Shown here one piece after another: positions 1-10,035 of a DNA stretch of 64,000 nucleotides; the first letter of the stretch is position 1; every line of letters starts with the position of its first letter. This DNA comes from a virus (taxonomy: Duplodnaviria > Heunggongvirae > Uroviricota > Caudoviricetes): IMG/VR virus record IMGVR_UViG_3300040801_001810, positions 166,194-230,193 of that record. The stretch is one strand, 5' to 3'. The position numbers and the translations under genes were made by a program. The notes beneath the pieces are model-generated. The model did not search any database and was not told the DNA's origin. It worked only from the letters and a program-made list of their open reading frames with translations.

Positions 1-647
1 AGCATAGAATCATCATCAAAGCTAAATAAAGCAATAAGGGCAGCACGACGGATACCGCCAGCCAGAACAGCATCAGCAATATAACACATAATGTTGTGAA
101 CCTCAAGAGTCGTAAGCTGACAACCAACGCCTCTTTCATCTTTTGCATTATCAAAAACCTTTCTTATATTATATATACAATCTTTTAAAGGTTGAGGGCC
201 TGGGGCTTTACCCCCAGAAGTTACTAGCTGTGCTCCCTTTTGACGTATATCTCTATAATCAAATATAGGATCAGACTTATTATAAAAATAGGATTCAACT
301 AATACTTTAATCGCATCAGCCCAACCCTCTATGCTATCACCAATTAGGTAGCGTCTTGTTCTTTTCTTTGGGCCAGTAATATCTGGTAACTTTTCTACAT
401 GATGTGATTGAACACTATAACCGACGCCCGATCCACCTAGTAATAGAAACATTGTTTCGCTAAATGCCGCAGGATCGTCAACTGCTAAATACGAACAATT
501 ATATAATCTATTTGGGGATATTTCAATTGGCTTTCCACCAAACTGTAGTGATCTCATTGATGGTAAAACTTTTTTATCTAATACTTTGGTAAATGCTTTT
601 GCTATTTCTTCCTCTAAGGTAGGATACTTTGTGATGTGCATCATCAT
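1..647 (-). CDS. Ribonucleotide reductase large-subunit-like protein, N-terminal part (gene continues beyond window start)
   Basis: Minus-strand frame open from ATG triplet at 647-639 to position 1 (not in ORF track because it has no stop in the window). Translation MMMHITKY...LPSMRSLQFGG...NRLYNCSYLAVDD...FLLLGGSGVGYSV...TSGGKAPGPQPLKDCIYNIRKVFD...LTTLEVHNIM. Cys-x21-GGxGxG spacing and GG..G.P..Y..F / LEVE-like blocks match the RNR catalytic barrel (E. coli NrdA SSCVLIE...GIGINAGRIRA...GGEAFHTGCIPFYKHF...LEVESLL), with an ~80 aa insertion. Confidence 0.5.
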   Translation of the reverse strand, partial: MMMHITKYPTLEEEIAKAFTKVLDKKVLPSMRSLQFGGKPIEISPNRLYNCSYLAVDDPAAFSETMFLLLGGSGVGYSVQSHHVEKLPDITGPKKRTRRYLIGDSIEGWADAIKVLVESYFYNKSDPIFDYRDIRQKGAQLVTSGGKAPGPQPLKDCIYNIRKVFDNAKDERGVGCQLTTLEVHNIMCYIADAVLAGGIRRAALIALFSFDDDSM

Positions 648-985
648 GTTTCTAACTACTGTATCATCCCAAGTTTCTCTTCGTTTTTGCTGCCCAAGAT
701 ACTTTGCATATTTGCTGTACGTTGTAATGTCTGATAGTATCTTAAGTGATAGGGCGGATTTCTTATCAACGGTATCTAAATTCAATTTTATTTCGCTCCT
801 TATATATTCTAAAAATGACACCTAAACTTATTAAGTGTCATTAATATACTTATCTTGCGCTATGAAAGGCAAGATTTATTTCGATTTTTTTGGTTTTGGG
901 CGAGCTTTCTTTGGAGCTTTTCTAATATTTTGCTTCGTAGTTTTGCCTGAGAACCTCATTAGATCTTCTTTAGTTATAGTCATAA

Positions 986-1189
986 TTATATCCTATCTAC
1001 TGCTATCTCTATAGCTTCTTGTAAAGCATCATAGATTTGAGTGAGTAGCTTATCTTCTTCGTCTTCTTCTAGCTTAGGAATATCTATTTTCTCGTTTAGA
1101 ATATCGATCCATTCTTCTTGATTAGTTTCTAATTCCTTCAGTAGATATTTCTTGATTGGTTTTTTGAATAACTTCACTAGAAATTTCAT
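986..1189 (-). CDS. hypothetical small acidic protein
   Basis: 67-aa ORF overlapping the end of the next ORF; no motif recognised. Confidence 0.25.
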   Translation of the reverse strand: MKFLVKLFKKPIKKYLLKELETNQEEWIDILNEKIDIPKLEEDEEDKLLTQIYDALQEAIEIAVDRI

Positions 1190-1634
1190 TATCTATCTCC
1201 TTGATATTAAATAGCTTTTTAGCGTAACCTAAAACCTCTCTTAGTTCGCTAACCGTCATAAAATCTACATCTTTCCGACCAAATTTATTGATAATACATC
1301 TGCATAATCTAATTTCTTTGGTAATGTGGTCCCAGCCTTCATTACCACGTCCATAGCAGTGGTTACAGCCACTTCTAGGTTTAGGGAATAGTGTTAGATC
1401 ATCATCATTTATCTCTGTCTTATGAGTATCTACGAAGTCTTTCTGGGCCTTCTTAAGATCGGTGAGATTGTTGCTTGCTTCTATAATATTCTTAAGTGCT
1501 TGCTCATCTTTTGCTTTTACCATACTCTTTGACAAAGCATCTACCATCTCTTTAGCGCCAGGAACTTTCATTTGCTCTTCCATAGCTTTTTCAACTTCTA
1601 AACCCATCATATTTGGTATATAATCTGTACTCAT
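1122..1634 (-). CDS. hypothetical protein with C-x2-C...C-x-C zinc-finger-like motif
   Basis: 170-aa ORF. RBS AGAGGAGAAGAGGAA immediately upstream of ATG (rc of 1632-1634). Motif CNHCYGRGNEGWDHITKEIRLCRC. Confidence 0.45.
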   Translation of the reverse strand: MSTDYIPNMMGLEVEKAMEEQMKVPGAKEMVDALSKSMVKAKDEQALKNIIEASNNLTDLKKAQKDFVDTHKTEINDDDLTLFPKPRSGCNHCYGRGNEGWDHITKEIRLCRCIINKFGRKDVDFMTVSELREVLGYAKKLFNIKEIDNEISSEVIQKTNQEISTEGIRN

Positions 1635-1649
1635 TTCCTCTTCTCCTCT

Positions 1650-2141
1650 TTATCTTGGTGTTGTAAGGCACACCCACTTTTTAGGATAGACCTTATCTAG
1701 TAAAATATCCAATTCATTATTACTTTGCTCGTCGAAAATAACATTGTAATTGTCAAATCGTAAAAACCTATGTATCACATCATATTGATAATACAAAAGG
1801 TTATGATAATTTATTCCTAATCTACTTTGAATATAATTTTTATTCGAATCTTTATTAGTTACAACCATTATTGTATTAGGAATGGTTGATGCTAATTTAA
1901 TAGCCAATGATGTCTTTCCCCACTGCCTCGGCTTATATAGTGTAAACCCTCTTTGTTCTCTATCAATATTAGCATCAGTAAAAAATCTTTTTATAATAGC
2001 ATAGCTGTCATTTACATTTAAATTAGCTAATGAATTTACATCTATCCTAGTTGGAAGAACATCTGGTCTATCTCTTAACGAAATCACTCGTCTTCGCTCA
2101 TTACTTGTTCTTCTTTGTAATACTTTAAATAGTTTATGCAT
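1650..2141 (-). CDS. P-loop NTPase (Walker A/B), function unknown
   Basis: Walker A YKPRQWGKTS and Walker B NVIFDEQS in the 163-aa ORF. The Walker A resembles the terminase-type RQxGKT but the protein is too short for a terminase large subunit. Confidence 0.4.
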   Translation of the reverse strand: MHKLFKVLQRRTSNERRRVISLRDRPDVLPTRIDVNSLANLNVNDSYAIIKRFFTDANIDREQRGFTLYKPRQWGKTSLAIKLASTIPNTIMVVTNKDSNKNYIQSRLGINYHNLLYYQYDVIHRFLRFDNYNVIFDEQSNNELDILLDKVYPKKWVCLTTPR

Positions 2142-2707
2142 GTACTAACTCTATCTTCAAGCTTTACTTGAGGCAACTCTATAAATTGTCTTGGTTTAAA
2201 TATGTTAAAGATACCTTTAATTAACATATTATTTTTATCTCTCCATAGAGGATCCAGTTGTTCTTGTGTCCTCACTCCATCGTCTACAGGCTTAAGTTCG
2301 GTACCTAAATGAAATATAATATCATACCTTCTAAAAGGCAAATTAAGTTTAGTCATTTTCTTAAATATATCATTAAATACCATAACATCCTTACTACCTA
2401 TAGTATTTTCAGGATCATACATTAAGTCACAACAATATAAAAAACCTAAGTATATAGGACTGTCAGTAATCATTAGGTCCAACTTATCATTACACACACT
2501 ATCTTCCCACTCTACCTGTTTCTCTAATATTCTGTACTGTTCCATTATACTGGTTATATAGCCATGCTTACTTATGTATCTCCTAGCATACTCTGCTACT
2601 AGTTCTACGTTCTTAAGGTATTCTATTTGTCTGCACTCTGATGCCAATGATCTAGCTAATGTGGTCTTGCCTGCTCCTGGTACACCTGTTATTCCTACTC
2701 TTATCAT
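2084..2707 (-). CDS. AAA_28 / NadR-like P-loop kinase (putative nucleoside or nicotinamide-riboside kinase)
   Basis: N-terminal MIRVGITGVPGAGKTTLARSLA P-loop. Later YDIIFHLGTELKPVDDGVRTQEQL block resembles the C-terminal kinase domain family of NadR (pfam AAA_28-like). Confidence 0.45.
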   Translation of the reverse strand: MIRVGITGVPGAGKTTLARSLASECRQIEYLKNVELVAEYARRYISKHGYITSIMEQYRILEKQVEWEDSVCNDKLDLMITDSPIYLGFLYCCDLMYDPENTIGSKDVMVFNDIFKKMTKLNLPFRRYDIIFHLGTELKPVDDGVRTQEQLDPLWRDKNNMLIKGIFNIFKPRQFIELPQVKLEDRVSTCINYLKYYKEEQVMSEDE

Positions 2708-2997
2708 TTCTTCACCTCACATTTTATTGGGTACTCTCCTGCTTGACCAATTCTTCCTGGGCAAGGTTGTTGTACCTTACCATCGAATGTTTTAGGAGCG
2801 TCGCTTCTATAATAGAAGGTGACTATCATTCTCTCTTCATCAACCTCTATCCTCTCTACATCTCCTTCAGGAAGATCAAATGTCTTACGTAAAACCACGT
2901 CAAGAGCCTGAGATGTAATAGGTACCTTAAATCCATATCTATCCTTACCCCTGGCTTCATTTCCTTCAATATCTTGTAATGTTATCATAATAACCAT
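2704..2997 (-). CDS. hypothetical protein
   Basis: 97-aa ORF, tightly packed with neighbours. Confidence 0.35.
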   Translation of the reverse strand: MVIMITLQDIEGNEARGKDRYGFKVPITSQALDVVLRKTFDLPEGDVERIEVDEERMIVTFYYRSDAPKTFDGKVQQPCPGRIGQAGEYPIKCEVKK

Positions 2998-3215
2998 AAA
3001 CCTTTCTCATTCCAATACTTTATTAGTCCCTGAAATCCTATTATTTCATCACCATTTATAGTAATCAATATTCCACCTGTTCCTCTAGTCTTCTTCATAA
3101 CTTCAGGACTACTTACACCAGAAAATGTATATTTCTGATAATGCCAGTCTAAGAAACTACGAATGGTATCTAACTCTTTATAATGAGAGGCAAAATGTTT
3201 AATTTCAATTTTCAT
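2985..3215 (-). CDS. hypothetical protein
   Basis: 76-aa ORF. Confidence 0.3.
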   Translation of the reverse strand: MKIEIKHFASHYKELDTIRSFLDWHYQKYTFSGVSSPEVMKKTRGTGGILITINGDEIIGFQGLIKYWNEKGLWLL

Positions 3216-3311
3216 ATTATTTATCCGTTGTCGTATATTTACATACTATGCACGTATGACTTCCAAATGTTACTATTAAACTTTTATTTCCACAATGTGG
3301 ACATATTTCCA

Positions 3312-3680
3312 TCATATTAACCTCGCTGCTGAGAATATATCTCCTGATTTATCAGTTGCTCTGATATGAACCATCATATGTTCATTTTGTGGGTGAAGTG
3401 TTACGTTAAAGGTGTCAATTTGAGACCATAAAGAAAGGTTACCATTTATGAATGCATTAAGAGAATAGTTATTAATTTCTCCTATATTATAGCAATCTGC
3501 TAATATATCATTAAGTTTTTTTCTAATGTCCGTATTAGTATGTAGTTCCCCAATGTCTTGATATACTGTGCTAGGACAATCTTCATAATAGTCGCTTGGT
3601 TCGTAGAAATCTAAAAGACTTTGATTCTCTATCTTTGATTCAAATATATGATACGTATTTTCACTACTACATTTAAACAT
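3312..3680 (-). CDS. hypothetical protein
   Basis: 122-aa ORF. Confidence 0.35.
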   Translation of the reverse strand: MFKCSSENTYHIFESKIENQSLLDFYEPSDYYEDCPSTVYQDIGELHTNTDIRKKLNDILADCYNIGEINNYSLNAFINGNLSLWSQIDTFNVTLHPQNEHMMVHIRATDKSGDIFSAARLI

Positions 3681-3682
3681 AT

Positions 3683-4075
3683 TTATTCCTCAAACTTATC
3701 TTTGATACGACACTCATCGCATAGACATTTTATCCAACCATTGTCATTTAAACTACCATGCCTACCACAATATTCACAAATAGTAGCAGAGCGATTTTCA
3801 TATTTAGAAATAATTGATTGAGGAAATTTCCAAGATCCATCTCCATCATATTTAATATAAAATCTTAACATACCAAACTTTTCTTTAACTTGTTGAGCAG
3901 TTATCTGATCAGGACACATTAAATCTAATTCAGTACATAAGTCATTAATTAAAGGCAGCCAACCATTACCGCATTCTATTCCATACCATGCAAATGGAGA
4001 ATTGATTCCTTCTTTACGCTTATTATAATCTTTAAATATAGATGGAAATTTTTTAATCAATTGTTCTTTAGTCAT
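3683..4075 (-). CDS. hypothetical Cys-rich protein
   Basis: 130-aa ORF with CGNGW...CEYCGRHG...CLCDEC cysteine clusters. Confidence 0.4.
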   Translation of the reverse strand: MTKEQLIKKFPSIFKDYNKRKEGINSPFAWYGIECGNGWLPLINDLCTELDLMCPDQITAQQVKEKFGMLRFYIKYDGDGSWKFPQSIISKYENRSATICEYCGRHGSLNDNGWIKCLCDECRIKDKFEE

Positions 4076-4140
4076 ATCTTCTCCTCAGTAGATATAGAAA
4101 GGGACAGTGTTTTAATCTGCCCCTATAATATAGTTTATAT

Positions 4141-5526
4141 TTATCTGTAAGTCAAGACTTTTACTCTATCAATATATTTTTGTCTAAGTCTCCTATCATT
4201 TAATGTTCTTAACTGATTAGGAAGTTTACTTACAGTACCTAATTGCGTTGGAGGAGTATAACTACCAACTTTCTTAGCAGGTTCTGGTATAGGAGGAGCA
4301 GGAGGAACAACAGGGGTTCTACTAATAGACATAGTTCCGTCGCCGTCATCATAGCCATACCAACCAGACATTATAGCGCCATCATAGACACTATGTATAT
4401 TAGCTACTTGTGTGGTCAGATCTGATTCGAAGTATTGAAAGTAATATATATTCCCGCCAGGAGCAACATTACTAACATAAATAGAGTTGCCTATATCAAG
4501 AGGTGTATTAAAATTTAGACTATGACTACCATCTAGATTAGCAGTTTCAGCTGTATCAAGTCTACCATTAATATATATTTTACCAATAGTAGGATCAGTT
4601 GGAAAGCCATCTGACCGAGTATATATACACGTAACTCTATATTCTTCTCCTGGTGTCAGTAGACCAGTAGAAGTTATACTTGGACCATAAGATGCATCAG
4701 CTCTAGCAAAGAATTGAACTTCACGATCACTAGTTATTCTACAACCAAGAACATTATTAGATCCATCATGGCAGCTAAATAAGTATTGTTCGTCTAGTTC
4801 ATACGGAGTATATCTAAAGTATATATCAAATGTTGCGGATGTACCATTTCCATAGTCGCCTAGAGGGGTATTAACAGCAAGGCCGTCATCACTAGCTTGT
4901 TCAAATAGGAATAGACCACTAGTATTATAACCATACCCAGCACCAATATTTCCACTAAAGTTTACTAGATCACCACTAGCATTAGGTCCTCTATATATTG
5001 GAAAGCTTCCAGTATTAAATGCATCGGGAGCTGTACCATTTTTAAGTAAGTTAGGGTATACTCCCCAACGCAGACCATATGTTCCAGACGTTAGATATTC
5101 CCATAAAGTGGCAGCAGCAGGCTCACTACCTACATTCATTGATTTAAATAGCTCATATTTATAATCTATAGCTGTACTAGACAAACCATCAATTTGGCAG
5201 ATAGGTTGAGCGTCCCAAAGATCTTTAAATGAGTATTGTGTAATAGTAGTAGTTGTAGCAGAAACATAGGCATATCCAACACTAAATGTATCTCCACCAA
5301 AGTTAAAATATGCAGAATAAGACCCAACAAACCTAGGGTACATAATTATCCTATTTGTAGACGGATTAGCAATAGATGTGCCATTTTCAGACCATTTAAA
5401 TGTACCTCCATCATCAAATTTAATAAGAGTCATTACATCATCTTCATATAGTCCCATGTAACCAGTCCACCAGGATCCAAGTACAACTTCAATATAATCA
5501 GGGAAATTTACAATATTCTGTGCCAT
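4141..5526 (-). CDS. tail fibre / receptor-binding protein with LamG-like (concanavalin-like) jelly-roll region and Pro-rich C-terminal linker
   Basis: 461 aa, G/Y/T/S-rich. LFSCHDGSNNVLGCRITSDREVQFFARADASY...YRVTCIYTRSDG...IYINGRL is typical LamG/pentraxin-like. C-terminal PVVPPAPPIPEP linker. Confidence 0.5.
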   Translation of the reverse strand: MAQNIVNFPDYIEVVLGSWWTGYMGLYEDDVMTLIKFDDGGTFKWSENGTSIANPSTNRIIMYPRFVGSYSAYFNFGGDTFSVGYAYVSATTTTITQYSFKDLWDAQPICQIDGLSSTAIDYKYELFKSMNVGSEPAAATLWEYLTSGTYGLRWGVYPNLLKNGTAPDAFNTGSFPIYRGPNASGDLVNFSGNIGAGYGYNTSGLFLFEQASDDGLAVNTPLGDYGNGTSATFDIYFRYTPYELDEQYLFSCHDGSNNVLGCRITSDREVQFFARADASYGPSITSTGLLTPGEEYRVTCIYTRSDGFPTDPTIGKIYINGRLDTAETANLDGSHSLNFNTPLDIGNSIYVSNVAPGGNIYYFQYFESDLTTQVANIHSVYDGAIMSGWYGYDDGDGTMSISRTPVVPPAPPIPEPAKKVGSYTPPTQLGTVSKLPNQLRTLNDRRLRQKYIDRVKVLTYR

Positions 5527-6566
5527 TATTTGCCTCCTCTATAATTATAGCAATAGTGACATTCCTCTAGAGTCTTAGAGATATTATCTTTACTACAATA
5601 TATTTTATTTCTAGTTAAGTCACCAATATCAGTAGGGCGAGGTATAGTGTATTGTTCATCAGAAGAAGCAAGATTATCACATACGACTTGTCTTTTTTTA
5701 CCAGTTAATTGTAGCTTATCTCTAACTCCTCTATTATTAATCTTAAGAGATCTATACATACTTGGTCCAATAAATGAATTAGTATTAAATTCAGTATCTA
5801 ACCATTTAATCTTCTCAGGCATATTATCTTTCATTATCTTTTTAATATCTTTAGCAACAGTAGTTACTTTCTTACTCTTAAGTGCTTTAAATATTCTCTC
5901 AGCAAGAGCACCATCCTTAGCCATATTTTCTTTCCATTCATAGTTATCACTGGATCTATATAGTTTATTATCTATTAGTTTAATTGCGTCAGCAATACGA
6001 TCTGTGGAAAGGCCAAGATCAACACATAATTGAGTTAGAACCGTATTAGGATCAGTATAATAATCATCAGTATTAATAAATATCATATTATCCAATATCC
6101 ACTTATTAGTAGATAGCCATACTACAAAATTAGCAGTTCTATTAATATATCTTCCAGGATTCTCAGGACTAAGTTTAAGACTAGTGTTCCAATCATCACC
6201 ATCAGCAATCTTAATATTAGAATCTAGATCTTTACTGGATCTAACTATTTCTTTAGGATTACGTAAGCATACGATTATTTTAGATTTACGCAACATTTCC
6301 TCAGGAACACCTAGTTCCTTATTTTTGCGCTTATGAGGAACTAAGCCACTTAACAGTATCTTAATCACGGCATCATTGCCATAATCAGTAGATGTGCCGT
6401 GCATAACCTCACCTTTTACTTCATAAAATCCGTTAGGATTAAGTTTAGAAGACTTATCCTTCTTACCTCTAGGCCACTTATCACCTATTACATTTAATCC
6501 TAGCTTACCTAGTATCTCCATAGTTAAACTAGTTCTAGATCTTTCTGTTCCACTTACTATTATCAT
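5526..6566 (-). CDS. sulfotransferase-like protein (PAPS-dependent fold) embedded in the tail-fibre module
   Basis: N-terminal MIIVSGTERSRTSL resembles the 5'-PSB loop (RSGTT). IIVCLRNPKEIVRSS resembles the 3'-PB motif (RNP/RDP...S) of sulfotransferases. Confidence 0.4.
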   Translation of the reverse strand: MIIVSGTERSRTSLTMEILGKLGLNVIGDKWPRGKKDKSSKLNPNGFYEVKGEVMHGTSTDYGNDAVIKILLSGLVPHKRKNKELGVPEEMLRKSKIIVCLRNPKEIVRSSKDLDSNIKIADGDDWNTSLKLSPENPGRYINRTANFVVWLSTNKWILDNMIFINTDDYYTDPNTVLTQLCVDLGLSTDRIADAIKLIDNKLYRSSDNYEWKENMAKDGALAERIFKALKSKKVTTVAKDIKKIMKDNMPEKIKWLDTEFNTNSFIGPSMYRSLKINNRGVRDKLQLTGKKRQVVCDNLASSDEQYTIPRPTDIGDLTRNKIYCSKDNISKTLEECHYCYNYRGGK

Positions 6567-6574
6567 TATGTCTC

Positions 6575-9145
6575 CTATTTAAAATTAACTCTTTGTAGAT
6601 TTGAACTGTAAGTATTATTGCCATAAGTAGTATTTACTATAAATTGACATTGATTAATATCAGTTATTCCACTACATATAATATTAACATTACTGGTTCC
6701 ATACTTATTAGTGACTCCGCTGGCAACTAATGTCCAGTAACTATCATAATTAGAATAGACACTATATGGAATCTCTGAGTATATTAACCTATCTCCACTT
6801 AATACTTTTATTTTTAATTTAATTTGATCTGTTGATGATGCTTTATACGGAGAAAGTCTAGTATTAATTAATATTGGCTTAATATCACCTTTACTATATA
6901 TTATATCATCTAACGTCAGTCTAGTCGTTGAATTTCTAATGAAGTACGGATAACTCGAGCCTTCATCTATTCTCCATATATTATCAAAGTCCCAATTTAT
7001 AAATGTGGCCTCTGCCATCATATCAGCGGTACTCTCGCCATTTGCAAGCGGGTCATCGTATACTGATAGGTCTATATCGAAGTAACTATCAGTAACTGTG
7101 CCGTTGGGATGAACACTTCCACAGAATCCACTAGTTAGGTATTCATCAGGAGGAGCTGTAGTAGATAAAGTCCCTGCGCTGTAACAATTAATCATTTCGT
7201 CAGTAGTTTGACTATTGCCGCAGAATCCACCTACTAGATATGAGAAAGCCGTAGAGGTATATACATCTGCTTGAGTATAGCAATTAGAAATTACACATGC
7301 CTTTGAAGTACCTACGAATCCGCCTGTCCTGGCGCTATTACCTATAACTGTACCTTCACTATAGCATTCTCCGACTATACATTCGTCTAAATAGCCACCA
7401 ATTCCACCATTACTCTCATTTACACCACTTACTGTACCAGTAAATATACAACCTGAAATTACACTAGAGGAACCATCGGCAACTATACCACCAGTGTATT
7501 CATAACCTGCCACGTAACTATCTATTACTTTTACGTCAGTAATAGTCGCACCATCACCATGTAAGACTCCTACCTTACCAAATAACCCTACGTATGACTG
7601 ATCTAATCTTTCTATATATAGGCCACTAATTGTAAATCCTTGACCGTCATATGTTCCTATGAATGGATTAGTTGTTCCTATTGGTATGAAGCCGCTTCCA
7701 TTATTCCACGTACTAGTTTCACTTGCATCTATGTCTGCTATTTGAATATATGTACTATTAGGTTCCCAGCCAGGCTCGTTACCGACTCTCTGTAGCTCAT
7801 CTACGTTACTAATATAAACTATACCAGACGTCCAAGCTTGGACGTTAGCTTCTGTCATATACATAGATGTGTAATCAGGTGAACCGAATCTTTGGCGGAG
7901 GCCGTACCCCATTAGCAATTTATTGTCATAACTATCTAAACTAAACCATTGTTCAGCTCCACTCCATGGATCTACACCTGTTACATCTGGATCTAAGTGT
8001 TGACTACCATCATGGAAAGCCCCGCTGCCTTGCTTAAGTGCCAATCTAGCTTCAGGAGTAGACGACCCTCCAACATTACCTCTATATGCAAGGAATAATG
8101 TATCATCTATGTATTTAATACATGGAGCGAATATATAATATGCTCCACCGTATGCATCAGCGATTGCGCCAGTTTCCTTAGTAGATGTCCAACTATCAGT
8201 ATCTTTATCATATGTATTTAGATAAACTCCTGAGTTATTAGATGTGCTGGCAGTTAATGTATCATTAACTCCACATTTTACAAATGTAGGTATATTACTA
8301 CTATTAAGTTCCATATTAGACATATAATACACGTCGTAGTCACGACTACTTGTATCGTAGAAAGGATTATCTATTGTTACTTCTGCTCCAAATCCACTAG
8401 TGTCAGCGTCCCATCTTTTAGACCTTGGATAGGTAAAGTTTCCGCTTTTAGTGATGTAAGTTACTAGAAAATCATCACTGGTGTCATCAACAGGACATGT
8501 AGCAGTAGTTATAGATAATTCATAAGCAGAAAGAGCGCCAGGGGCAGTTATTAAATTACCAGAAGACCAATTAGATACATGATTAGGAGTATTATTAGCT
8601 GATACATATACATTAATCTTTTGACATGTGCCTCCAAATGGATTTACATTATAAATATTTTCAGGATTAATAATGGCCCATTTACCTGAATTAAGTTTAC
8701 ATATATTGGGATGAGCGAAGTATTCATCATCAGTATTTTCATTAATTGTGTGAGCAGCACTTGCAGTAATAGTTCCATCTGGATTAAAACTTCCAGTGGC
8801 AGCTCTTAGGTATGTTGGATATGCACCTGCTGGATAATAGGTAGAGGCAACGAATAAAAGAGTATCATTAACTTCATCATATTTAAATGTATACGCTGCA
8901 CAATTGTATCCATGTATATCTTGAGGTGGGGCACCAGCATATGAAGTAATTAAAGCGGAATCAGCTATTCCACTAAGTCCTTCTACTGTATCAGCTACTC
9001 TATAATATAATGCATTATTTCCATAGACTCCAGTGCCTGAGGTGTAGAATACATAGTACTTGCCATTGCGAACAAGCATATTAGGTCTGGTCTGTATACC
9101 CATTAGACCATTGGTCATATCTGTTGAATAATTAATTAGTGCCAT
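6575..9145 (-). CDS. large tail fibre / tail spike protein with GLUG-type glycine-rich repeats
   Basis: 856 aa. Repeated GLFG / GGIVADG / GGIGGY / GGFVGTS / GGFCGNS / SGFCGS motifs typical of the GLUG repeat seen in phage fibre proteins. Confidence 0.55.
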   Translation of the reverse strand: MALINYSTDMTNGLMGIQTRPNMLVRNGKYYVFYTSGTGVYGNNALYYRVADTVEGLSGIADSALITSYAGAPPQDIHGYNCAAYTFKYDEVNDTLLFVASTYYPAGAYPTYLRAATGSFNPDGTITASAAHTINENTDDEYFAHPNICKLNSGKWAIINPENIYNVNPFGGTCQKINVYVSANNTPNHVSNWSSGNLITAPGALSAYELSITTATCPVDDTSDDFLVTYITKSGNFTYPRSKRWDADTSGFGAEVTIDNPFYDTSSRDYDVYYMSNMELNSSNIPTFVKCGVNDTLTASTSNNSGVYLNTYDKDTDSWTSTKETGAIADAYGGAYYIFAPCIKYIDDTLFLAYRGNVGGSSTPEARLALKQGSGAFHDGSQHLDPDVTGVDPWSGAEQWFSLDSYDNKLLMGYGLRQRFGSPDYTSMYMTEANVQAWTSGIVYISNVDELQRVGNEPGWEPNSTYIQIADIDASETSTWNNGSGFIPIGTTNPFIGTYDGQGFTISGLYIERLDQSYVGLFGKVGVLHGDGATITDVKVIDSYVAGYEYTGGIVADGSSSVISGCIFTGTVSGVNESNGGIGGYLDECIVGECYSEGTVIGNSARTGGFVGTSKACVISNCYTQADVYTSTAFSYLVGGFCGNSQTTDEMINCYSAGTLSTTAPPDEYLTSGFCGSVHPNGTVTDSYFDIDLSVYDDPLANGESTADMMAEATFINWDFDNIWRIDEGSSYPYFIRNSTTRLTLDDIIYSKGDIKPILINTRLSPYKASSTDQIKLKIKVLSGDRLIYSEIPYSVYSNYDSYWTLVASGVTNKYGTSNVNIICSGITDINQCQFIVNTTYGNNTYSSNLQRVNFK

Positions 9146-9214
9146 AGCTCTCCTTCAATGGGTATAGTATAAGTCATAGCTATGTATTTATTGATAGGCA
9201 AACGCCGTGCCAAA

Positions 9215-9733
9215 CTATAGTTTACCTGATTTAATAACTTGTCTTTCATATCCATCGACCCAATATATAAATGTAGTGTACGGCCCATTAATATACTCTT
9301 GCTCAGGATTACTATGATTAAATGGTGTAGTATGACTAAATTCTGTAATTATAGTTTGATTAACTAAGTTATTAAGGTATTGATAGACTTGGTCTACTGA
9401 CATAGCAGATAATGCTGCATCTATGGCATTTAGTAGTTTAGTTGGCTCAGGAGTAGTAGTATTACTATGAATTAGCGTAGTGTCCCAAGTTGCTATAGGT
9501 AATTGTATACCATGCTCACTGTTACCAGTAATTACACAGTTAATTATACTACAATTATTTATTTCAGAATCATTAATATGACTGTTGGTTACGACTGCAT
9601 TATTAATAGGTGTATTTTGTACGTAGTATCCAAAGTGCGGAGAACTGGTACCACTATCCATACCTAATGTATAAGCGACATCGTCAGGCTTTTTATAATT
9701 AGGATCTATAGGTTCTCTTCTTAAATTAAGCAT
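9215..9733 (-). CDS. hypothetical tail-fibre-associated protein
   Basis: 172-aa N/T/S-rich ORF directly upstream (in transcription order) of the large fibre gene. Confidence 0.35.
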   Translation of the reverse strand: MLNLRREPIDPNYKKPDDVAYTLGMDSGTSSPHFGYYVQNTPINNAVVTNSHINDSEINNCSIINCVITGNSEHGIQLPIATWDTTLIHSNTTTPEPTKLLNAIDAALSAMSVDQVYQYLNNLVNQTIITEFSHTTPFNHSNPEQEYINGPYTTFIYWVDGYERQVIKSGKL

Positions 9734-9767
9734 AATTCTCTTTCCATATTATATATAGTATTAAATA

Positions 9768-9841
9768 TGACCCTGGGAGGACTTAAACCTCCAACCACTC
9801 GGTTCGTAACCGAGGACTCTATTCTATTGAGCTACAGGGCC
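9768..9841 (-). tRNA. tRNA-Arg (anticodon ACG)
   Basis: rc reads GGCCCTG-TA-GCTC-AATAGAATA-GAGT-C-CTCGG-TTACGAA-CCGAG-TGGTT-GGAGG-TTTAAGT-CCTCC-CAGGGTC-A. Clean cloverleaf, anticodon ACG. Confidence 0.8.
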
Positions 9842-10035
9842 TAATAAAAATGCATTTCTGTATGATTGCACCAAGAAGGATAATAACCCGTCATAAATAC
9901 TTCATTTTCTTTTATTCTTTTAGGAGCTATTAATATATTGGGAGATAACGCATGTGTGCATCCAGTTAAGGAATCTATATCTTCATTATCTATGATTAAT
10001 ATAATCTTTTTATCTATTGTATTAATTAGTCTCAA
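9841..10035 (-). CDS. hypothetical protein
   Basis: 64-aa ORF. Confidence 0.25.
   Translation of the reverse strand: MRLINTIDKKIILIIDNEDIDSLTGCTHALSPNILIAPKRIKENEVFMTGYYPSWCNHTEMHFY

Noticed and set aside
586-825. Plus-strand 79-aa ORF in the track
   Set aside because: Lies entirely antisense to the much longer, motif-bearing minus-strand RNR-like frame (1-647+). Sequence is low-complexity and hydrophobic.
1650-2141. Possible terminase large-subunit ATPase (Walker A PRQWGKTS resembles T4 gp17 SRQLGKT)
   Set aside because: Protein is only 163 aa. A separate RBS-led gene follows, so there is no nuclease domain or continuation. Kept as generic P-loop NTPase.
4141-9145. In-frame stop-codon recoding within the large structural genes
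   Set aside because: All large ORFs in this window are uninterrupted under the standard code. Any recoding implied by the CUA tRNA must affect genes outside the window, if real.
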